A stretch of DNA of 63,326 nucleotides, the filler included, from Globobulimina sp. (Eukaryota), in assembly GCA_003354225.1 (NCBI GenBank). It is 46 parts of 46 records of this genome, joined end to end, with 100 filler letters (N's around TTAATTAATTAA, not from the genome) between each part and the next. Parts side by side here need not be neighbours in the genome. Positions count along the whole stretch, not along the records: positions 34,484 to 35,762 come from PIVH01019546.1; positions 35,863 to 37,141 come from PIVH01019547.1; positions 37,242 to 38,520 come from PIVH01019548.1; positions 38,621 to 39,899 come from PIVH01019549.1; positions 40,000 to 41,278 come from PIVH01019550.1; positions 41,379 to 42,656 come from PIVH01019551.1; positions 42,757 to 44,034 come from PIVH01019552.1; positions 44,135 to 45,412 come from PIVH01019553.1; 38 more parts are not named here. One strand, written 5' to 3'. The notes under the pieces were generated by a model. It had not been told where the DNA came from, did not search any database, and was given only the letters and a program-made list of their open reading frames with translations. A program made the position numbers and the translations under genes. This document shows positions 35,692-47,662 of this stretch, in pieces. Position 1 is the first letter of the stretch. Every line of letters starts with the position of its first letter.

Positions 35692-36300
35692 AAATATTTT
35701 AAGATCAATATCCATGAATTTCTTATTGTTTGCCATGGTTTGAAACGGATAAAATATTCTCTNNNNNNNNNNNNNNNNNNNNNNNNNNNNNNNNNNNNNN
35801 NNNNNNTTAATTAATTAANNNNNNNNNNNNNNNNNNNNNNNNNNNNNNNNNNNNNNNNNNNNCGATGTGTCCTCTGACCACGATGACGCCAATAAAATAA
35901 AACTAAAACAGCATGTTGCACCGCCATTGTATTCTGTATTAGTGCCTATAAATAGTAATAATGCCATTCAATATGAATTTTTATCGTTCAATCCGTTATT
36001 TATTAAACAAAATATGTTGTCCTCAATCACTCAAAAATGATCTATTGTATTTTGTTTTTGTCAGTATTTTCTTGTTATTGTTGTAAAAGTACGTTATAGT
36101 GTTTTATCATATGTCTACGTGTGCCACTCGTATCTATTTTTTTTAGTTATTAATAGTTTACTTTATAAATCATACAATGATAAGGCTGGTGAGGAAAATA
36201 GCAGTTTGCAAAGTATTCTTGTTATACTTATTTGTCATTGAAAACTACCTTAACAGCAAAACAGAGTAATGAGTGTTTTCACTGTTTTCAAAAAAAACAT

Positions 36301-37141
36301 ATGAACCACTTTACTTTTACTAATACAACCACTACTACGACCACTATACCACTGAACACGAACAATACCATAACAAACAATGTACCACGCAAACACCATC
36401 AAAACAAGAACCAGATGAATCAGTCTATGCCCATTATGCACAACACACATAATCTGATGAATAATAAAAAACACAATTACGCAAAATGGAGACCAAACAC
36501 ACCAATCAATACACAAACACCCAAATACAACAGAATCCATTACAAACGATCATCGCCTATCTCATACACAACATACACACCACGCACACCACCGTCACAG
36601 CCATGCATTGGAATACTAAAATGGTTCAATCCCAGCCAACAATATGGATTTATCGAGTACCAATCCACCGACTTATTTGTGCACGAATCCGCATTTAACG
36701 TCGGACCGCCACAAATCGCGCATAGTATCGGGCAATCTGTCACCTTCAACATCGACACCTATAACGACAGGAAAACGCAAAAAAGCAAACAAAAAGCCAT
36801 CAACGTCATCATTAACAAAGCAATTCCAAACAACACGGCAACATCGCCCAACACCACCTATCTCGGTACGTTATTGTGGTTCAACGAAGATACTAAATTC
36901 GGTTTCATTCAATGTGACGCCCAGAACACCGACTTATTTGTACATGAATCTGAGTTGAAATTTGAGCGAAAATCCATTTACAAAGCGATGAGGTTGCAAT
37001 TTGAGATCGAAATATACCGCGATCACTGGGGCAACGCCAAAAAAAAAGCCATCAATGTGAACGAGATGGAAACCGCGCAAAATCGCACTATGTCTCTGGC
37101 CATGGCGAATGTGCACGTTTCTGTTCCTGTGGTGAGATCGG
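36301..37141 (+). CDS. Tandem cold-shock-domain RNA-binding protein; 3'-partial
   Basis: GILKWFNPSQQYGFI...DLFVHESAF and GTLLWFNEDTKFGFI...DLFVHESEL. Confidence 0.9.
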
Positions 37142-37309
37142 NNNNNNNNNNNNNNNNNNNNNNNNNNNNNNNNNNNNNNNNNNNNTTAATTAATTAANNN
37201 NNNNNNNNNNNNNNNNNNNNNNNNNNNNNNNNNNNNNNNNNAAAAATTCCTAAGGAAATCTTCGCTGGGTAATATATATATTAGCTCTAATCATATATAT
37301 TAGCTAATC

Positions 37310-37342
37310 ATATGCGTATCTCTTATCGGGAACACTACTGTA
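37310..37342 (-). mobile_element. Tc1/mariner-pogo-like TIR end, left of the F-box pseudogene
   Basis: Exact 33-nt reverse complement of 38347-38379; ends ...ACTACTG-TA. Confidence 0.75.
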
Positions 37343-37458
37343 GTGGGACAAAATTCAATCAGGCCTTAGGTCTGATTCCAGCTCACAGATTGTTGGAACA
37401 ACCCTGTGAGTGAATTTCAAATCCGAATTTTTTTCCTCTGTCAGTTATACTGTAGACC

Positions 37459-38330
37459 ATGGAAACCAGACATTCTTTCTACAAAAACTGCTTACAGGAA
37501 AGCGTTGGGTCAACTGAATGTTTCAATGGTTTAATTTCAATATTACGGGTTATTCCTCTTAATCATATTAAACATTTCATTAGTCAACAAATCGAGGAAT
37601 TGGATTCAAAATGTTGTAAGGAATTTTATTATACAAAAATGCCATTAATGAAATATTCCCTTCAGACATCATTCAATATATTTTATCATTCGGTGGCTTA
37701 TATCATACGAAAGCAGTCAGTAAAACATGGAAACAATATTCGGAGCAAAATGAACGAAATCATTTAACAAAATTATATTCTTCAATCAAGGAAATTAAAT
37801 CTCCAGTACAATGTGATGAGAATATGAATAAAACTTATATTATTCATCCAAATCGTACAAAATTACATAGAATTGAGAGTGGATTGGGATATGTCGGACC
37901 AATGGTTAATTGATATTGAAGAGACATTAAAGATTTGCAATTCCGGTGACAGATTATTAGTTCATTCTGGTGTCCATAATATACCAATTGCGCTCTCAAG
38001 AATGGGTCTCAATATGCAATTATTTGGTGTCGGAGCAGCTGTAACGATATCGATTAAATCTTGGGGTGATTTTAATTTGTGGTTTGTTGAAAAAGTAATA
38101 AAACGCGATATTCGAAAATGCAACATTACAGTTAGATAATTGTGAATTTAATGCAACTGCCGCAGTTTGGGCAGAAGATGGATCGTATTTAAATGTTAAT
38201 AATTGTAGATTTATTGGACAAGGACCATACAACGGTTTGACAGGAATTAAGTTATCGCCGTTTGCAAAAGAGGTAAATATTATTGACTGTACTTTTAAAA
38301 ATTGTGGCAATCCACAGCTACAGGCCACAC
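37459..38330 (+). pseudogene. F-box + parallel beta-helix protein with several frameshifts
   Basis: F-box NEIFPSDIIQYILSF...KAVSKTWK is out of frame with the ATG; SGDRLLVHSGVH; xxNCxF beta-helix repeats in another frame. Confidence 0.75.
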
Positions 38331-38346
38331 ATTAAAACAATACGCA

Positions 38347-38379
38347 TACAGTAGTGTTCCCGATAAGAGATACGCATAT
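38347..38379 (+). mobile_element. Tc1/mariner-pogo-like TIR end, right of the F-box pseudogene
   Basis: TA-CAGTAGTGTTCCCGATAAGAGATACGCATAT; TA target followed by a CAGT terminus. Confidence 0.75.
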
Positions 38380-38834
38380 TAGTACTAATATATATATTAT
38401 ACTGCTAATATATTGAATAAATGGTGGACCTAGTTTAGGCGATAGCCCTATAGCTATTCTGTCCAGACAAAAAAATCATATATTAAATACTTTGCAGGTA
38501 GTAATGAAGTAGCTCCGTACNNNNNNNNNNNNNNNNNNNNNNNNNNNNNNNNNNNNNNNNNNNNTTAATTAATTAANNNNNNNNNNNNNNNNNNNNNNNN
38601 NNNNNNNNNNNNNNNNNNNNAAAAGAAGAAAAAGAAGGAAAAGAAGAAAAGGAAAAAGAAGAAAAGGAAGAAAAGGAAAAGGCAGAAAAGCGAGAGAGAG
38701 AGAGAGAGAAAAAAGAGAAAGAGAAAGAGTCTGAGTCTGAAGATTGCAGTGTTTGGAATAATCCAAATATAGAACATATAATTGGCAGTAACCAATTGTC
38801 AGTGACTTGGGCGCGAAAACTGTTCCCTTTGGAA

Positions 38835-39377
38835 ATGAAAAAGAATGCGGCAAGAAAAGAAAAGGAAGAATGTAAATTAGTGTTTACTAAGAAAGAAGAA
38901 ATGATGCACGAAATGAGTGTGGCATTGTTATTGCCGCCGTCGTCCTCCTCCTCTGGCTCCTCATTGTTATCTTTGTCGCCATCTCAGACAACGGAAGAAG
39001 TGCAAGACGTGCAATTGCCGCAAGACGCACCGTCTCGGTCTCAGTCTCAATCGCACTCAGTGGCCGTATCAGTATCGGAGTCGTCGGAAAACAGCAACAT
39101 TACCAATACCAACAGTTATTATAAGCCATCTTTAGATGCGCAAGAATGGAGAGAGAAGCAAATAAAAATAGGCAAAGAGACGGTTGGATATAAAAATTAT
39201 ATTCAAAAACATCCAAATAAAGATTTGAGATTTCGATTGGGACATAATTTGATATCAACCCCTGACTCAAAAGAAAAAATCGGAAAAAAAAGATGGTGCG
39301 GAAAGTACAATAAATGGAGAAAATTCTTACATAAATTTGATTTTAATTCTTTTAATTCTCAACAACAACAACAATAA
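38835..39377 (+). CDS. SLBP: Histone mRNA stem-loop binding protein
   Basis: REKQIKIGKETVGYKNYI...TPD..K.GKKRW.GK..KWRKFLHKFD matches the SLBP RNA-binding domain (RQKQI.YGKNT..Y..Y...TP....SRRSW.....WK..LH.WD). Confidence 0.85.
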   Translation: MKKNAARKEKEECKLVFTKKEEMMHEMSVALLLPPSSSSSGSSLLSLSPSQTTEEVQDVQLPQDAPSRSQSQSHSVAVSVSESSENSNITNTNSYYKPSLDAQEWREKQIKIGKETVGYKNYIQKHPNKDLRFRLGHNLISTPDSKEKIGKKRWCGKYNKWRKFLHKFDFNSFNSQQQQQ

Positions 39378-39999
39378 TTTATTTATTCTTATTTGACATA
39401 GCTTTGTATCATTTCTCTCATTTTTTTACGTTTGGTTTGTTTGTTTTTATATTAATTATATTATTATTTTTTCTTTTGTTTAAGTATCTATTTAACAGTA
39501 CACAACATTTTTTTGTTTTGTTATTTAATCATTTGTTTGTTTTTTTCCCTGTAATTCTGAAAAGACTCTGACTTTCTAAATAGTAACGCAGCAATATCTA
39601 CTACAGCTACAGTAGCAGAACCAGCGGGAGCTGCCAGCAAATAATCTAAACTGTACTCAGTGGCTCGGAGTAAGCCAGAAATGCCCTGAATCTATGTCAT
39701 GATATTAAGTAAGTTCCCATTGAGTAAGCTAGGAACCACTGGCCAGCTTTTCGTAAATTGTTTATGGCCCGGGATTATAATATCGGATCGGATCACTTAA
39801 TGAGCATTGAGCAATACATGTATTATAATTACATTACATTAAAAAAACAAACACTCTCATTTTTGTTGTTTTGATTGCAATAAATGTTAATTTGTTTGAN
39901 NNNNNNNNNNNNNNNNNNNNNNNNNNNNNNNNNNNNNNNNNNNTTAATTAATTAANNNNNNNNNNNNNNNNNNNNNNNNNNNNNNNNNNNNNNNNNNNN

Positions 40000-40265
40000 A
40001 CACAACCTGCCACAAGCACCGCGCCCACCGCCCCGGCCACCGCCATGGGCATCGCCCAACCGAGCTGCCCAGCAGCAAACGCGGCATGCAGAACACCGGA
40101 CAATCCAGCGAACAGGCACAGCCCAGGCACGCCCGCCATGGCCGCCAGACCGACCATCGACATCGTGCCGACCACCGGCATCGCCCGCCACAAACCGCCC
40201 AGCCGCCCTGGCTCGGTCGTACCGGCACGGCTATGGATCACACCAAAAGCGAAAAGGCACGTCCA
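40000..40265 (-). CDS. High-GC bacterial NuoM/MrpD-type proton-translocating membrane subunit fragment
   Basis: GVIHSRAGT....LGGLWRAMP.......AAMAGVPGL..FAG; much more GC-rich than the adjacent DNA. Confidence 0.75.
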
Positions 40266-40414
40266 AACAAACAATACGAAACATTTCAGCCATTTCTTGT
40301 CTGGCAGTAGAACTGGAAGAGCTTTCAAGTGGGTGTTTAATTTTGGTTGATTGCTGACTGTTGGCATTATTCTGAGAATACTCTGAATACTCCGAATAAA
40401 AAAATCACACATTT

Positions 40415-41199
40415 TCACACATTGGCAACAAGTTTTGTATATTTCAAAGTATTAATGGTAGCCTTCACCATTTCTTGGCTAGATCCAATATTGCTGATCA
40501 TCACAGCTCTCGAGTTCATTTCTCCCAAATACCGTCTCATGAATCTGGTCAAACTACTCTGACGATATGGAATATGATATCTGTTCCCTCCGCTCAAGGC
40601 ACGAATACACTCTTTCAATGCCATCAATGCCATATTAATTTCCTTCCTCTCTTTCTCTTCCTTCAGATCTCGTTTGCCTTTGGCATCTCTACCAAACTCA
40701 TTTCCCGCCAAATCCACAAAAACCATGGTTTTGCCCACAATGGGCTTAGTTGCGTCGTTCATTAATCCCCACAAAGTACCCACACTTTTCTCTGTATTCC
40801 GATAATGATCCAACATTTTCTCATATTTCCCGATCGCTACATTCAATCCGATCCAATCTTTCTTATATTTTTCAACATCGGCATCAAACTGCTTTGGTGC
40901 ATTTCTTCGCAAAGCACTGCTTTGCGTTTGTTTGCTTCCTTGAATCACTGCAGATTTTATGGTTGTATACCACAACAAATCAGACTCAACTTCGACTTCT
41001 TCGGCGCGCAGTTTCTCCAATTTATGTGATACCACTTCATATTCTAAAAAAGCATGAGAGCGGGAAGACTTATCATGAATCGTACTGTTGCCACAATTGC
41101 GGGATTTAATTCCTTCTTTAACCACCTCACAAAGCTGCGATTCATTGTTAATGCGTACTGTGGTAATTGGATAAGCTCTGATTTTGCCATCAGCGCAAA
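40415..41199 (-). CDS. Kinesin motor domain (kinesin-13-like), C-terminal part; acceptor AG at 41201-41200
   Basis: HDKSSRSHA (switch I), FVDLAGNE (switch II), EINMALMALKECIRAL, HIPYRQSSLT, TINTLKY. Confidence 0.9.
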
Positions 41200-41378
41200 C
41201 TAAGTATATACAATTAATATATATCAACAGCTCCATATTTGACATAAATTAAACTGTCATACATTTAGGCCTCAGTCGNNNNNNNNNNNNNNNNNNNNNN
41301 NNNNNNNNNNNNNNNNNNNNNNTTAATTAATTAANNNNNNNNNNNNNNNNNNNNNNNNNNNNNNNNNNNNNNNNNNNN

Positions 41379-42325
41379 TCCAGATTTTTATGTTTAATAA
41401 ATTCAATTTCTAATCTCTCAAATTTCTCCTTTTGTTGTTGTAATTGCTGTCGTAATGAGGTTTCATTCATTTGCTTCTTATTTAGCGCCTCTTTTAAGTC
41501 AACTACGGTGTCAACTAAATTATTGTGGCTCTGTCCACGTCTTTTTATTTTTTCATCTCTTCGAATCCGTTGGTTTTCAATGTTTTTGGGTCCGTTTGAT
41601 TTATTAATATTAAATGTCAACGTGTCATGTTTCATAAATGACCGTTTGCCAAAACTGTCATTGATTGTATTGGTTGCCGGGGGTATATTGTTATTGTTAT
41701 TTTGTGGTTTTTTTGCATTATAATTATTATTATTAAGTCTTTTATGCATGATTTTATTCAATTTCTTAGCTAAATCAGATTGTGGGCCAACAACTTCATT
41801 TAATTTATACGCCAAATTTTGCGCCGATCTTGGCTCATTTATACGAATTGGTGTGTTTGATGGAGAAATGTCTCCGTTGTCATCAATACTACCAACTATT
41901 AAACGAGTGCGTTTTTTAAATGTTTTACCATCATCGCTAAGATAATGGGTGTCGTTATTATTAATTGTGTCATTCTTTAATATCTCATTTAATTCGGGAT
42001 TTAATATCACTCTCAATGCTGGTTTGTATTTATCGCCTAATTCTAATATCGTTTCTCGTATTTTTATACATTCCATTTTATATTCGTTTCCATCTTTCGT
42101 ATGTAATTCGTACATTAATTTAATGAAATTCTGTTTACTGGATATTCTATAATCATTGTCTGCAAATAATTGACCAATTCTTTGTGCTAAGAAGGCTTGT
42201 GTTGTTGCACTGGATGTGGGTAAACCTAACCCCATTTCATAAACTAATCGCGCTAATTTCCATTTTTGTAGTTTTTTCAATGTGATTTCACCACAAAGAA
42301 ATCTGATTTTTTCATATTGATTCAT
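41379..42325 (-). CDS. Hypothetical protein with C-terminal coiled coil; 3'-partial
   Basis: More than 310 open codons in AT-rich DNA. Confidence 0.6.
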
Positions 42326-42327
42326 TT

Positions 42328-42656
42328 TTGTTAATAGATTTAAATCTAATTTGCATTATGATCATCCTTATTGTAATAATATTATGCTTCTGTTTTTTTG
42401 TCATTATTTGTTTTTATCAGAAAAGAAATTCGGATATTAAAAGAGGGAAACGTTTGTTTTCTGAGAATAAAAATCTTTACACGCCATTAATAGAAATGAA
42501 TGGTGATATATTAAAAGAAGAAAGAAAAGAGACAGAAATTATTTTGTCAAAGTTATTAAAAAAATGGAATTTAAATCTGTATATAAATATGTTAATATAC
42601 GAGGAAGAATATACAGAGGTTGAAGATTGTATTGATTTAACATTAAATGAATTAAA
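42328..42656 (+). CDS. TM helix + SAM-domain fragment
   Basis: Hydrophobic helix, then LSKLLKKWNLNLYINMLIYEEEY..VED..DLT..EL (SAM-like). Confidence 0.6.
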
Positions 42657-42825
42657 NNNNNNNNNNNNNNNNNNNNNNNNNNNNNNNNNNNNNNNNNNNN
42701 TTAATTAATTAANNNNNNNNNNNNNNNNNNNNNNNNNNNNNNNNNNNNNNNNNNNNTAAAGTAAATGTGAAAAATTCGCCGGTTTCATTATTGGTATAAA
42801 TTTTAAATGGTTCCGTAGTATAACA

Positions 42826-43911
42826 CTATCTCATCGCTTCTATTTGTTTTTCATTCTTTAGTTGAACAATTTCATTTCTATTAAATTTTAAAGTTGTATG
42901 TTTACAACAAAAATTAATCATTCTTTTATTTTCTTGGTTGAACTTTTCTAATAAAAATCCATAATTTCCTTGTGTCCAAAAATATTGCGATAGTTTGGAA
43001 TTCAATTTTTGAATTTCTTCATTATTAATAAAAATATGAAACGTATCTTCATCAAATCTTTGCATTTTCCGTGCATCATAATTTTCAGGATTTAAATAAT
43101 TTGATATCATATTATTAAGCATACACTGCATATAATTCAAATTACAATTTTCTGCATATTTTTTATTTTGTAAATAATTATTAATAAATTGTACATCATT
43201 TGTCAGTAATTCCGCGTTGCAGTCATTATAAAATAATGCTCCTGATATAATTTTTTCGAATAACCGGAGCGCACAAACTTCGACAAAATAAGATCTGTCG
43301 ATAATAATATCAACAATATTTAATTTCGCTGATAACAAAAATCTCTCTTTTTCATTGGGATAATTTGAGAGGGGAATCATATCAAAATATCTGGGCATAG
43401 CGTCACCTGCTTTTAATTTAACAACAATCCCATCAATGGAAGCAAAATTCCGTGCGACAATATTTGAAGTTGATGTGGATAATGGAGCATAATAAAAATT
43501 TAAAAATGATGAAAATAACAACTTACAGCTCATACCCGTATAAATTACATCATTTTCATGCAATAAAGTACCAAAAATCCTGGTCGCATCCCATAAACAT
43601 GTCATCCAATTAGCAATATATCCATGTTTTTTCTTAATATCCCGGTCACTTTCATTTGCATATACTTTTCGACATTGCTCTTTAAATATTTTCTGAGCTT
43701 CCGTTTCATTGCAATATACTAATAATGATATTATATGATCAATACTCATAGTTTCACCTTCTTTGATGCCCAGTTTTTCTGCATTGCCACCTATTGTGGC
43801 TGTAATTCTTTTGCTAAATAACTCTGTCTTTAATAAAGTGCTAGCTTTGATATATAAATCTTCATACTCTTGCTTTGTAAATTTATAATATGGATTACCG
43901 TAGAATGGGTT
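42826..43911 (-). CDS. ADP-ribosyltransferase-fold (R-S-E clade-like) domain protein; 5' end missing
   Basis: HIISLLVYCN, IYTGM, APLSTSTS..VARNFA..GIVVKL, YFDM..LSNYPNEKERFL; the frame is open upstream of the listed ATG to ~43911. Confidence 0.65.
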   Translation of the reverse strand, partial: NPFYGNPYYKFTKQEYEDLYIKASTLLKTELFSKRITATIGGNAEKLGIKEGETMSIDHIISLLVYCNETEAQKIFKEQCRKVYANESDRDIKKKHGYIANWMTCLWDATRIFGTLLHENDVIYTGMSCKLLFSSFLNFYYAPLSTSTSNIVARNFASIDGIVVKLKAGDAMPRYFDMIPLSNYPNEKERFLLSAKLNIVDIIIDRSYFVEVCALRLFEKIISGALFYNDCNAELLTNDVQFINNYLQNKKYAENCNLNYMQCMLNNMISNYLNPENYDARKMQRFDEDTFHIFINNEEIQKLNSKLSQYFWTQGNYGFLLEKFNQENKRMINFCCKHTTLKFNRNEIVQLKNEKQIEAMR

Positions 43912-44795
43912 TCAATTGTACATGTAATTTTCGATAAAATGTTTTGTTCGCTCATCCTCATTTCGTGAAAACCAAATTGGGTATCATGAGCCAATATTGG
44001 TATTTTACGAATGAGAACATATGCAAAAATTAAANNNNNNNNNNNNNNNNNNNNNNNNNNNNNNNNNNNNNNNNNNNNTTAATTAATTAANNNNNNNNNN
44101 NNNNNNNNNNNNNNNNNNNNNNNNNNNNNNNNNNGCAAAGTATGAATGAGATTGATAATCACTTAAATTTTCAGGATGATATTAATGGATTAACTGCATC
44201 GCACTCACACTCACAGTCACAGTCGCGACCCACTTCACAATCACAGTCTCGGTCCACTTCGCATATTGACACAGTTAAACATATAACATATTATATCATT
44301 ATCGTTATTATCAGTATCGTGGTATACGTAGCGTTGTTATATGGTGAAGTGGGTCGCGATATCTATGATGAGTCCTCATCTCAATCTCAATCTCATTCTC
44401 AGTCTGAATATGAGGTCGAGGATGATGAGAATGGAAATCTAATGTTTGCTATTAGCAAAATGACACATTATGAGCCTGCTGTAAGTGATAATATTCCCTC
44501 TTCAAATGATGGTGATGGAAATCGTGAAGGCAATTCAAATCTTTTTCGTTTTTAATGTTTTTTATGTACGTTGTGTTAATTGTTTGCATTATTTTTACTT
44601 ATTTAATTTAAACAAACTTCATCAATTTTGCTTTGAAATTATTGTTTGTTTGGTTCTCTGTGAATTTTAATTCATTTATTATCAGTTTAATAAGATACTT
44701 AATCCATTCCACTGCTATATTTTGGTGTGGAATTTTGAATGTTTTTTGTTTCACTGTTCGGTCAGCTTTATCTTCCAAGGCAACATTAATTAACA

Positions 44796-45180
44796 ATGAG
44801 TGAAATTCTTGGCAACATAATCAGAAATATTCTGATGATGATGACAATTATATTTTCCTATGTATTTGCAACGGTCATTATTTATTATTACCGCAGATTA
44901 CGAAGAGAATTGCATTTAATGATGCTACAAAAACGGCATCCAGAAATATTACAGTTACAAATATACGCAGCTGTATTAAACTTATTATTGGCAGTTCCAT
45001 TTTTTGCGGGTTGATTTTTGTTCGGATCAAATATCAAAAGACAATCAATTAATAATTCGTTATATAAACCATATGCTGTGGCCAATTGGTGTATTATATT
45101 GGGCATTTATTGTAGTTTGGAGGGCATGGCACATTTATTTTGATTTAAAACAGTGGATGGAAATTTTATTTGGACCAAGA
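44796..45180 (+). pseudogene. Multi-TM receptor-like fragment with a frameshift at the T-run near 45000
   Basis: Successive TM helices with LQKRHP and WRAWHIYFD, split across two frames. Confidence 0.45.
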
Positions 45181-45512
45181 AATTTATTTTCATCACGTAT
45201 TTATTATATATATTCATTCTCGTCATATTATTCGCTGTGGTCATTGACACCGAATGGTTTTTATTCTGACATTTACTAAGCACTTTATTGTGTTGAATTT
45301 CGTCTAAAAGTATCTACGACGAATCAAAAATCATATTTAGGACAATCTAAAATCGACTCGTCCCGATTTACTTTTTTCAAGAATCGATATTTTTTGAAAT
45401 CAAGTAAAAAGCNNNNNNNNNNNNNNNNNNNNNNNNNNNNNNNNNNNNNNNNNNNNTTAATTAATTAANNNNNNNNNNNNNNNNNNNNNNNNNNNNNNNN
45501 NNNNNNNNNNNN

Positions 45513-46790
45513 ACGATGACGTATCCAGCATTGATGGCGACGAAGATCACGATAACCCCGCCACCAACAACCGTAACCGCAACAGCAACGGCAACAACAC
45601 CAGCAACGCTAACAGTCTTTTACCCGAACTACAGCCGCAATTTGCAGTGAGTAATGGCCGCGGCGGCTACAGTCCAGTGACATTGCTACCGCCTGTGTTG
45701 CGCAGCTGTAATGCCATAAACTTAGAAATACGTCGCTTGCAGAAGAATTACAACCGCGATGTGATGGGCATTAAGTATGAGGCAGATGAAAAGAAACAAG
45801 ATGATGGCACTCAATCCATGAATGTTGATCCCATGGACATGAGTATGGAGAATAATGTTGAGGTTGAGATGGAGGTTCAAACCATTGTTGCCGATCGCAA
45901 TGGGAATATATTATCCAATGTGTTGTCCAATAATCTTGCGCCTATATCGCCATCACAGCCACAGCCACCGTCTGTGAATAATACGAATTCGAACCAAACT
46001 ACGCAAGAAGAGCAGAAAACAGCCACCGCAACACAGCCACAGTCACAGTCACAAGCAGCAGCACCACCGGCACCGCCCAGAAGACGCGAATATTTATCCA
46101 ATTTATTGGATTCATGGGACAGTTTTAATGAGGTTGTGTTTGGTCTGCAAATGGATGAGAATATAGATAATGAGATGGATGAAGATAATGAGATGGAGGC
46201 CTATGGCGATGAGGAGATGAAAGGGAATAATAACGAGGCATTGGATGACATGGAGTATAAAGGGGTGATGGGATTCATTGACAGTGTGTTTGATGAGTTG
46301 GTGGATTATCAAAATAGCATTGAATCTGGATTGAATAATGAGATTATTGAGCAAGAGGCAAAGGAGGAGAAGGAACAAAAGGAGCAAAAGGATGACGATG
46401 ATGATAATGATATGGAGATGCAAGGCAATGAGGAGCAGGATGTGGATAAGAAAGGTAAATGTATGCATGGTTTGAAAGGATATAGGAAAGACAGGAAAGA
46501 TGTGTTAAAGAAAAAGGTTGAATCTGCCGGTAATATGTTGGTAGAGATTGGTACCGTCTTAGCGTCATTGGGCCATATGATTAATAAAATGGATTTGCAC
46601 AGAAAGACGACACGGAATAGGCTGCGTATTACGGGTTTGAGCAATATATCGCATGTGGTACGGACCGCTGTGCCCGTCGAGATATCCACCATTGTGTCGA
46701 GGGGGATTAATATTGGACAACAATTCCAACAAATGCGGCAAATGGCCAATGCCCAACAACAACCACCGCTAATGCCTCCAGTTTCTATTC
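45513..46790 (+). CDS. Acidic/Q-rich protein, internal fragment (weakly BAG6-like)
   Basis: Long ORF; AGNMLVEIGTVLASLGHMI loosely recalls a BAG6-family helix. Confidence 0.55.
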
Positions 46791-46891
46791 NNNNNNNNNN
46801 NNNNNNNNNNNNNNNNNNNNNNNNNNNNNNNNNNTTAATTAATTAANNNNNNNNNNNNNNNNNNNNNNNNNNNNNNNNNNNNNNNNNNNNT

Positions 46892-47662
46892 ATAAAAACA
46901 AAAACTCTGAAACGGATGGCGACAATGCCTACGCCATGTTTTGCCATGGAATCAATCCAGTTTCAAGGTAATATTTATCTCATTGGTGGGTATGATGGTA
47001 CCCGGTATATTGAGACGATTCTGGAGTTTAACCCTAATTCACACACCTTTAAAAAAATTGCTGAATTGCCAGCTCCACGAGCTTTTGGTGCAGCTGCGCG
47101 TATAGAAAAGAACCTGTATTATATCGGTGGATGGGATGGACGAGCATATGTAACTGATATTCTAAAAATAGACTTGGATCAGTGGCGTGTGACGACTGTC
47201 GGACACTTACCGGCCCCACGGGAATATCATGAAGTTGTGGCGCTAAACGACCACCTTTATGTTATTGGTGGGCAAGACAGGGATGGCAATAACTATTCGG
47301 ATGTACTTGAGATCGACCCGAGTACAGGAGAAGTCATACGAACAGCAGCCCTTCCCTCTGCTAGGGCTCACGTGAATGCCACGGTACTAAATGACAAAAT
47401 TTATGCTTTTGGGGGCTGGAATTATAAAGCATTAACCGATGTTATGGTGGTTGATCCTTCTGCAGATGCACTCGTTGTGGATGTTGTTGCCCAGCTACCA
47501 AAAGGTCAACATAAAAAGGCAGTCGTTGGATTGAACAAGCAAATCTATACAATTGGAGGCATTGGAGACGTTTCCGGTCACCAACTGGGAATTTTTCATA
47601 TGAAACCTGAGACATGGGAAATGGAGGCTATCCGTTTGAAAAGCTTTGTCTGGTGGGAATAA
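46892..47662 (+). CDS. Kelch-repeat protein, probably bacterial; 5'-partial
   Basis: Five YxIGG/FGG Kelch blades with LPxPR; intronless, with higher GC than host contigs. Confidence 0.9.
   Translation: MKTKTLKRMATMPTPCFAMESIQFQGNIYLIGGYDGTRYIETILEFNPNSHTFKKIAELPAPRAFGAAARIEKNLYYIGGWDGRAYVTDILKIDLDQWRVTTVGHLPAPREYHEVVALNDHLYVIGGQDRDGNNYSDVLEIDPSTGEVIRTAALPSARAHVNATVLNDKIYAFGGWNYKALTDVMVVDPSADALVVDVVAQLPKGQHKKAVVGLNKQIYTIGGIGDVSGHQLGIFHMKPETWEMEAIRLKSFVWWE

Noticed and set aside
38621-38730. Long purine tract upstream of SLBP as a PPT or coding region
   Set aside because: Low-complexity (A/G)n microsatellite with no adjacent LTR.
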